From: Gaiellaceae bacterium
GTDB taxonomy: Bacteria; Actinomycetota; Thermoleophilia; Gaiellales; Gaiellaceae
Assembly (NCBI GenBank): GCA_036270155.1
Contig: DATBDB010000169.1
Coordinates: 4,316-68,315 of the forward strand
DNA length: 64,000 nucleotides
Direction: 5' to 3'
The notes beneath the pieces were generated by a model. It saw nothing but the letters and a program-made list of their open reading frames with translations. It was not told the DNA's origin and ran no database searches. This document shows, piece after piece, positions 58,109 to 64,000 of this stretch (position 1 is the stretch's first letter; the number at the start of each line of letters is the position of its first letter). The position numbers and the translations under genes are program-made.

Positions 58109-59190
58109 GCGACGACGTCGAGCGCCGCATCGTGGGGGCACCGAGCAATCCGACCGCTTACCTGGTCCGGGCCGGGCGCTCGGCGCGGGGACCGCGTCTT
58201 CATTCGGTGCCGGCGGCGGAGCCGAAGGGGCGCGGATTCGATCGCGCCGTCGAGATCGCGCAGCGCCTCACGGCCAACCTCGAGTCGGTTGTTCGCGGCA
58301 AGTCGGACCAGATCCGCCTCGTCGTGACCGCGCTGGCGTGCGAGGGCCATGTCCTGTTCGAGGACGTGCCGGGCACCGCCAAGACGATGCTCGCACGGAC
58401 GATTGCCGGCTCCATCGATGGCGCCGAGTGCTCCCGGATCCAGTGCAGCTCCGATCTGCAGCCGATGGACGTCACGGGCATGTCGGTCTTCAACCAGGGC
58501 ACCCGTGAGCTCGAGTTTCGGCCAGGTCCGGTCTTCGCGCACGTCGTACTCGTCGACGAGATCAACCGCGCCACCCCGAAGGCGCAGTCGGCGCTGTTCG
58601 AAGCGATGGCCGAACGACAGGTGACCGCGGACGGCAGGACACGGCAGTTGCCGCACCCGTTCTTCGTCCTGGCGACGGAGAATCCCATCGAGTACGAGGG
58701 CACCTTTCCCTTGCCGGAAGCGCAGCTCGATCGCTTCTTCCTGCGCACGGCGCTCGGCTACCCCGGACCGGACGACGAGCTGCAGATCATTCGCGACCAG
58801 CGCAACGGGCACCCGCTCGACAGCTTGCGCCCGTCGGTGACGATCGACGAGGTGTGCGAGCTGCAGCGTGCAGTCGCGGACGTCTATGTCGACAGTCTCC
58901 TGCTGAAATGGATCGTCGATCTCGTCGGAGCGACGCGTGAACTCGACATCGTCGAGCTCGGAGCGTCGGTGCGCGGCTCGCTCGCGCTCGAGCGCGCCGT
59001 GCGCGCGTTCGCGCTTCTGAACGGACGCATGCACGTCGAGCCGGAGGACATCGAGACGCTGTTCCTCTCCGTGCTCGGGCACCGCATCATCTTCACGAAC
59101 GCGTTCGTTGCGGCGACGCGCTCGCAGTCTCGGGAAGAGTCCTTCGAGCAGTTCCGTGAGCTCTGCGTCTCACGCGCAGGGCGCCCCTAG
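58105..59190 (+). CDS. MoxR-family AAA+ ATPase
   Basis: Walker A-like DVPGTAKT, Walker B LVDEINRA, and ATENPIEYEGTFPLPEAQLDRF. Confidence 0.9.
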   Translation: MSDDVERRIVGAPSNPTAYLVRAGRSARGPRLHSVPAAEPKGRGFDRAVEIAQRLTANLESVVRGKSDQIRLVVTALACEGHVLFEDVPGTAKTMLARTIAGSIDGAECSRIQCSSDLQPMDVTGMSVFNQGTRELEFRPGPVFAHVVLVDEINRATPKAQSALFEAMAERQVTADGRTRQLPHPFFVLATENPIEYEGTFPLPEAQLDRFFLRTALGYPGPDDELQIIRDQRNGHPLDSLRPSVTIDEVCELQRAVADVYVDSLLLKWIVDLVGATRELDIVELGASVRGSLALERAVRAFALLNGRMHVEPEDIETLFLSVLGHRIIFTNAFVAATRSQSREESFEQFRELCVSRAGRP

Positions 59191-59208
59191 GAGGGCGTCC
59201 GGGTACCC

Positions 59209-60021
59209 GTGACTGCAGAGCCCGCTGTCCCGCTGGTCCCTCGACGGCGAGTCAACGCTTCCGCTCACGGCGCGCTTCGCTCGGCACGCCGGGGCCGCGG
59301 CGGCGATCTCGTCGGCACGCGTCCGTACCAGCACGGGGACGATGTGCGGCGGATCGACCATCGCGCATCGGCGCGGCTCTCCTCGGCCTCGGGGCGGGAC
59401 GAACTCGTTGTTCGCGAGCACTTCGCCGAGAACGCGACGCAGGTCCTGTTCGTCCGCGACCGTCGGCCGTCGATGGCGCTCTTTCCGAACTGGTCGCCCT
59501 GGCTCTGCAAGCCGTACGCGTGCGGCTCGGCGGGACGCGTGCTCAGCGCGAGCGCACGGCGCGCGCGCTGCGTCTTCCGCGAGGAGGACAACGACCTCGC
59601 GCACGCGCTCGAGGCCCTCGCGATCGGGAGGCTCGGCAGGGGCAGTTTCGTCTTCGTGATCTCGGACTTTCTGGCTCTCCCGCCCGAGGACGTCTGGCGG
59701 GAAGCGGTCGAACGGGGCTGGGACATCGTCCCCGTCGTGCTCCAGGACCCCGTGTGGGAACAGAGCTTCCCGGAGGCGGACGGCGTGGTGCTGCCGATCT
59801 GGGACCCGGATGCTCGGCAGGTGCGCCCGACACTCCTGACGCGGCGGGAGTGCGCTGCGCGGCGCATGGCAAACGAGGAACGCTTCCTCGCGTTGTCCGC
59901 GCAGTTCGACCGGCTCGGGCTGGACACGATCCAGCTCGCACACCACGACGACGCGTCGGTCTGGCGGGGTTTCCACGAGTGGGCGGAGGCGCGGTCCGTG
60001 GGCGTCCGCGGCCGCCTTTGA
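59209..60021 (+). CDS. DUF58-family protein (vWA-like, MoxR partner)
   Basis: GDLVGTRPYQHGDDVRRIDHRASAR matches the DUF58 signature. Confidence 0.85.
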   Translation: MTAEPAVPLVPRRRVNASAHGALRSARRGRGGDLVGTRPYQHGDDVRRIDHRASARLSSASGRDELVVREHFAENATQVLFVRDRRPSMALFPNWSPWLCKPYACGSAGRVLSASARRARCVFREEDNDLAHALEALAIGRLGRGSFVFVISDFLALPPEDVWREAVERGWDIVPVVLQDPVWEQSFPEADGVVLPIWDPDARQVRPTLLTRRECAARRMANEERFLALSAQFDRLGLDTIQLAHHDDASVWRGFHEWAEARSVGVRGRL

Positions 60022-60872
60022 AAGCGGCGGCGGCGGCGGTGCTCGGGCTTGCGATTGCGGTCGCACTCGTTTCGCTGCTCGTGAACCGAGGGAGCGGTGC
60101 GCGGCCGCAACTGCCGCTGACCGTGGTCGCTGCTGTGACTCCACGTGCGCACCTCTTCGGTGACAGGGTTCGAGCCGGTGTCACTGTCGCGCTTGACCCG
60201 CGCCGAGTAGATCCGCGAACCGTCACGATCGACGCGAGCTTCGGGCCGTACAAACCGGTTGGGCATGCTCGAGTCGTGCGCAAGCCGACGTCGGTGCGGC
60301 TCGACGCAACGCTCGTCTGCATCACGCTCTCGTGCGCTCCCGGTGTAGCTCAGAGGACGGTCGCCTTCGCGCCCGCGCGCGTGCATTACCGCGACCGGAG
60401 CGGGCGCCTGCACTTGGCCGAGGCGGCGTGGCCGCCGCTCCTTGCCGCCTCGCGGCTCACGCCTGCGGATCGGCGCCGGCCGCAGCTCCGCGTTGCCGAA
60501 GCGTTGCCGCCTGCGTCGAGCGCCCTCGATCCGACGCTCGTCGGCCGCGTCCTTGTCGTCGCGGCCGTCGCGTTGCTCGTTGCTGCGGCCGCGGGACTTG
60601 CCCGGCGGCGGGGGAGACCGGCCGAAGCAACGCTCGCACCTGTCGAGGTGCCCGCGCTCCTGTCGGCGCTCGCCGGCGTAGAGCGCCTCGCACACGAGAG
60701 TGACGGCAAGCGGCGCTCTGCGGTCGACCGGCTTGCGCGGGAGCTCGGTGAAGCCGGTCTCGCGCAGCTCGCGCCGGCCGCACGCGAGCTGGCATGGTCG
60801 TCCTCGGCGCCCGCTGCAGAGCCGATGCTCAAGCTCTCCACCGAGGTGCAGAAAGCGGTCGGTAGCGTCTGA
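60018..60872 (+). CDS. two-TM membrane protein of the MoxR/vWA operon
   Basis: TTG at 60018 overlaps the DUF58 stop (TTGA). An N-terminal and a central TM segment. Confidence 0.6.
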   Translation: MKAAAAAVLGLAIAVALVSLLVNRGSGARPQLPLTVVAAVTPRAHLFGDRVRAGVTVALDPRRVDPRTVTIDASFGPYKPVGHARVVRKPTSVRLDATLVCITLSCAPGVAQRTVAFAPARVHYRDRSGRLHLAEAAWPPLLAASRLTPADRRRPQLRVAEALPPASSALDPTLVGRVLVVAAVALLVAAAAGLARRRGRPAEATLAPVEVPALLSALAGVERLAHESDGKRRSAVDRLARELGEAGLAQLAPAARELAWSSSAPAAEPMLKLSTEVQKAVGSV

Positions 60873-60961
60873 GCCCCCGGAGCGCACTGCCTCTTGCCGA
60901 TGCGGCTCTGCTCGGTCACGCCGCGCGTCGCACCGCCCTTGTCCGGTCGACATTTGCGGTC

Positions 60962-61735
60962 GTGCTCGTGGCTGCGCTCGCTGCGGAGGCGTTCGTCTTC
61001 AGCCACGGCGCCCGACGCGCCGCGGCGGATTACGCACCCAAGAACACGATCGTCGTGCTCGATCTCTCCGGCAGCATCGAAGGCCCGGCGTACGCCCAGG
61101 TCGGCTCGCTCTTGGACTCGCTCGCCGCGAACACCGGCGGCGGTCGGCGAGTCGGCCTCGTTCTCTTCTCCGACGTCGCGCAGGAGGCGCTTCCACCGGG
61201 CACGAAGCCGGCGGAGCTCCGCGCATACGCGCGGTATTTCCGACCGTTGCGGACGGGACGACCATCCAGGTCGGACCTGGGGATCAGGACCGACGCTGCG
61301 TATCCGGACAACCCCTGGATGAACAGCTTCAGCGGCGGCACCAACATCTCGAGTGGGCTCGCCCTTGCGCGGCGTCTGGTCGCACGGGACCGCGTGGGCT
61401 CGACCCGGGTGCTGCTCGTGAGTGACCTCTTCGATGGCGTCGGCGACTACCGGCGGCTGAAGTCCGAGCTGCTTGCCTACACGCGTACACCCGGGGTCGA
61501 GCTGCGCGTGCTGCCGATCGAGCCGCGCTCCAAGGAGACCATGAGCATGTTCGCGTCCTACCTCGGCACGCACCGCGTTGCCGTGGCCGCCCCTCCGCCG
61601 AGGCGCGTCGCGTCGGCCGGCCCCGCGGCGGCGTTCCCCGTCGCATTCGTCGTGCTGCTCGGCGTCGTCGCAGTGGCGCTGGCCGGGAACGAGATCGTCG
61701 CGCCACGACTCCGGTGGCGGGTGCCGCAGCCGTGA
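60962..61735 (+). CDS. membrane-anchored vWA-like protein (start uncertain)
   Basis: IVVLDLSGSI (DxSxS MIDAS) and VLLVSD. C-terminal TM segment. Confidence 0.7.
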   Translation: MLVAALAAEAFVFSHGARRAAADYAPKNTIVVLDLSGSIEGPAYAQVGSLLDSLAANTGGGRRVGLVLFSDVAQEALPPGTKPAELRAYARYFRPLRTGRPSRSDLGIRTDAAYPDNPWMNSFSGGTNISSGLALARRLVARDRVGSTRVLLVSDLFDGVGDYRRLKSELLAYTRTPGVELRVLPIEPRSKETMSMFASYLGTHRVAVAAPPPRRVASAGPAAAFPVAFVVLLGVVAVALAGNEIVAPRLRWRVPQP

Positions 61736-62337
61736 GGTCGGCAGTCGTCAAGCTGACGCTGCGCTTCTGGCCGGCGGTCGCCGTCACGGCCGCGCTGGCG
61801 CTCGCGCTGCTCGCCTCCGGGGTGCTCGCCGCGGCGCGGGACATGAGGTCGGGAACGCCGCCCGGGCCGCTGGCGAGGATCGGCGGCACCCTCGTCGGCG
61901 TGAACGACCAGTCAGAGCTCCGCCGCGGGCGCGCTCTCGCTGACGAGGCGGCCAGGCCCGGGCTGTCTCCCGGTGCGGCGTTCAAGCGGCGCGGGCTTGC
62001 CGGTGCGTCGCTCGCTCAGGCGGCGCTGCACGGTCCGGCAGCCGATCGGGCGCGCGCCTCGCATCTCCTGGCCGTGCTCGCCCTCGCCGACGCCGCCGCC
62101 GACCCGCGGTCCTCGGCGCGGTACGTGGCCGTCGCGCGAAACGGGTTCGCGGACGCGATCCGGCTCGACCCGCACGACGATGCCTCGAAGTACGACCTCG
62201 AGCTGCTACTCGCCCTCGAGCGCAAGCGGCAGCAGGCGCGAGACCAGGCCACGCGGCGCCCACATTCGGGTACGAGTCGTCCAGCCGGGAAGCCCAAGTC
62301 TGCTCCGGGATCAGGCAACGCTGGCAGCGGCTATTGA
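61732..62337 (+). CDS. membrane-anchored helical protein (BatC/TPR-like position in the operon)
   Basis: GTGA overlap with the upstream gene. N-terminal TM segment, an Ala-rich helical body and a basic tail. Confidence 0.55.
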   Translation: MRSAVVKLTLRFWPAVAVTAALALALLASGVLAAARDMRSGTPPGPLARIGGTLVGVNDQSELRRGRALADEAARPGLSPGAAFKRRGLAGASLAQAALHGPAADRARASHLLAVLALADAAADPRSSARYVAVARNGFADAIRLDPHDDASKYDLELLLALERKRQQARDQATRRPHSGTSRPAGKPKSAPGSGNAGSGY

Positions 62338-63386
62338 TCGGGGTCACCTTCCTGACCCCGCTCGCCGCGCTCGCCGGCGTTGCCGCGCTGGTGCCGCTCG
62401 CGGCGCTGGCCGCACGCGAGCGCCGCGCCGCCCGGCTTCGCCGAACGCTCGGGCTCGCCCACCCACCGTGGAGTGCACGGGTCGGCCGCGCTCTCGCCGT
62501 CGTGACGCTGGTGGGCCTCCTGGCGGCCGCGGCGGCGCAACCTGTCGTTCGCACGAGCCGCGCAGCCGTCCTGCGGCGGGATGCGCAGGCGTTCTTCGTG
62601 GTCGACGTCTCGCGCTCGATGGAAGCATCGCGGGCAGCGCACGCGCCAACCCGCCTCGCGCGCGCCGTCGAAGTCGCCGAGCGCCTGCGGGCACAGCTGC
62701 CGGACGTGCCGGCCGGGATCGCGACGTTGACCGACCGGCTGCTGCCGAACCTCTTCCCGACGGGAGACGCTGCCGGCTTCTCTCGCGTCGCCGAGCACTC
62801 GCTCGCGATCGACGAGCCGCCGCCCGCGCAGGTTCGCAAGCGCTCGACCGACTTCGGTGCGCTCTCGCAGCTCGTGCTCGGGAACTACTTCAGATCGCAG
62901 GCTCGCCATCGCCTCGTAGTGCTCCTGACCGACGGGGAAAGCAGCGCCTTCGACGTTGGGAGCACTGCACGATCGCTTCGCGAGGCACGGATCGACCTGA
63001 TCGTCGTCCGCTTCTGGCACGCCGATGAACGGGTCTACGCCGGCTCGCGCGCGGACGAGACCGGCTACCGGCCCGACCCGACGGCCACTGCGTGGGCCGA
63101 CAGGCTCGCCCCGGCCGTGTCCGGGTCGGCGCCGTTTGCCGAGGGCGACCTCGCCGGGGCTGGTGCAGCCGCGCGCAAGCTCTTGGGCCACGGCCCGGCC
63201 GGCCCGACCTCACGAGTGGTGCAGGAGCGTCCGCTCTCGTCCTACCTCGCTGCCGCGGCGGGGCTCCCGCTCGCGTTGCTCTTGTTCGGGGGGAGCTTTC
63301 GCATCCGCCTGCGGCAGACGACCTGGCGCCGACGCCGCGGGCGCACGTCTGCGCGTCGCAACCCCGGGTTGTCGCAGCCGTTTTAG
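62334..63386 (+). CDS. membrane-anchored vWA-domain protein (BatA/BatB-like)
   Basis: TTGA overlap. Two N-terminal TM segments. FVVDVSRSM MIDAS motif, VLLTDGES and a C-terminal TM segment. Confidence 0.8.
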   Translation: MIGVTFLTPLAALAGVAALVPLAALAARERRAARLRRTLGLAHPPWSARVGRALAVVTLVGLLAAAAAQPVVRTSRAAVLRRDAQAFFVVDVSRSMEASRAAHAPTRLARAVEVAERLRAQLPDVPAGIATLTDRLLPNLFPTGDAAGFSRVAEHSLAIDEPPPAQVRKRSTDFGALSQLVLGNYFRSQARHRLVVLLTDGESSAFDVGSTARSLREARIDLIVVRFWHADERVYAGSRADETGYRPDPTATAWADRLAPAVSGSAPFAEGDLAGAGAAARKLLGHGPAGPTSRVVQERPLSSYLAAAAGLPLALLLFGGSFRIRLRQTTWRRRRGRTSARRNPGLSQPF

Positions 63387-64000
63387 AGCTGGCCGCCGGC
63401 GGCGAGCAAGAGCCCTGCCGGCACCGAGATGCCCGTCACCGGCGGCGCGAGCGCGTGGCCGGGGTAGACGAGACCGGTCTCGTACGCAAGCACGACGAGC
63501 TGCGCGCGGTCGTGAGCGCCGAGCTTGCGCATCGCACGGCTGACGTGCGTCTTGGCTGTCGCGGGCGACACCACGAGGCGCGCGGCGATCTCGCCGTTGC
63601 TGAGCCCGGCGGCGACGAGCGCCATGACCTCACGCTCACGGTCGGTGAGCCGGTCGAGTTGCTCCGGGCCTGCGCCGGGCCGCTCGGGCCGAGCGGCAAA
63701 CTCGCCGACCAGCCGGCGCGTGACACTCGGTGAGAGCACGGCCTCGCCGGCGGCGATGACGCGAATCGCTCGCACGAGCTCCGACGGATCGGTGTCCTTG
63801 AGCAGAAAGCCGCTGGCGCCGCCGCGGAGCGCGCCATAGATGTACTCGTCCAGCTCGAAGGTCGTCAGGATCAACACGCGCACCTCGGGAAGCGCTTCGA
63901 CGATCTGCCGTGTTGCCTCGAGGCCGTCGACCCCCCGCATGCGGATGTCCATCACGACGACGTCGGGGCGGAGCCGGGACGCCAGAAGGACCGCTTCGGC
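63383..64000 (-). CDS. NarL/LuxR-family response regulator (5' end beyond the window)
   Basis: VVVMDIRMRGVDG, FLLKD, and LTDREREVMALVAAGLSNGEIA...ATAKTHVSRAMRKL. The frame is open to nt 64000. Confidence 0.85.
   Translation of the reverse strand, partial: AEAVLLASRLRPDVVVMDIRMRGVDGLEATRQIVEALPEVRVLILTTFELDEYIYGALRGGASGFLLKDTDPSELVRAIRVIAAGEAVLSPSVTRRLVGEFAARPERPGAGPEQLDRLTDREREVMALVAAGLSNGEIAARLVVSPATAKTHVSRAMRKLGAHDRAQLVVLAYETGLVYPGHALAPPVTGISVPAGLLLAAGGQL

Overview
High-GC (about 70%) window, most likely from an Actinomycetota chromosome (the taxon is an inference). It is densely coding. I recognised no rRNA, tRNA, CRISPR array, transposase, integrase or phage genes. All protein calls rest on motif recognition in the supplied translations; no database search was run. 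Gene order: (1) 1-4.2 kb, tail of a [NiFe]-hydrogenase maturation cluster (maturation protease, hypA, hypB, double-SIS protein, HoxN-type Ni/Co permease). (2) 4.4-18.1 kb, a partly duplicated synthase-dependent exopolysaccharide locus: a processive GT2 synthase, an SDR epimerase/dehydratase, two paralogous Ig-repeat/CE4 deacetylases, two paralogous secreted proteins of unknown family, two paralogous CPxC zinc-ribbon miniproteins, four NarL/LuxR-type receivers in different states of decay, and one soluble HisKA_3 kinase. (3) 18.7-19.5 kb, a 47-aa LPFTG miniprotein directly abutting a sortase. (4) 19.5-23.8 kb, Entner-Doudoroff genes (eda, edd, zwf), then a poly-proline/His-Gly/Asp-Gly low-complexity protein and a GGDEF-type protein. 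(5) 26-33 kb, aquaporin, pntAA-pntAB-pntB transhydrogenase and thiolase, flanked by two paralogous small secreted proteins with short collagen-like Gly-X-Y runs. (6) 33-56 kb, a loose island for polyhydroxybutyrate and storage-lipid metabolism: tandem alpha/beta hydrolases, PucR regulator, 3-hydroxybutyrate dehydrogenase, catalase, PhaE/phasin-like proteins, class III-type phaC, phaB, WS/DGAT-like acyltransferase, scoAB, lipase and extracellular PHB depolymerase. The island also holds an ABC-2 exporter and a kinase-like/LuxR fusion regulator. (7) 56-63.4 kb, malic enzyme and a MoxR-DUF58-vWA (Bat-like) operon preceded by a coupled CxxC miniprotein. (8) A partial LuxR response regulator at the right edge. 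The best candidates for undescribed biology are the EPS locus with its unassigned accessory proteins, the LPFTG miniprotein/sortase pair, and the mini-collagen-like secreted paralogues.
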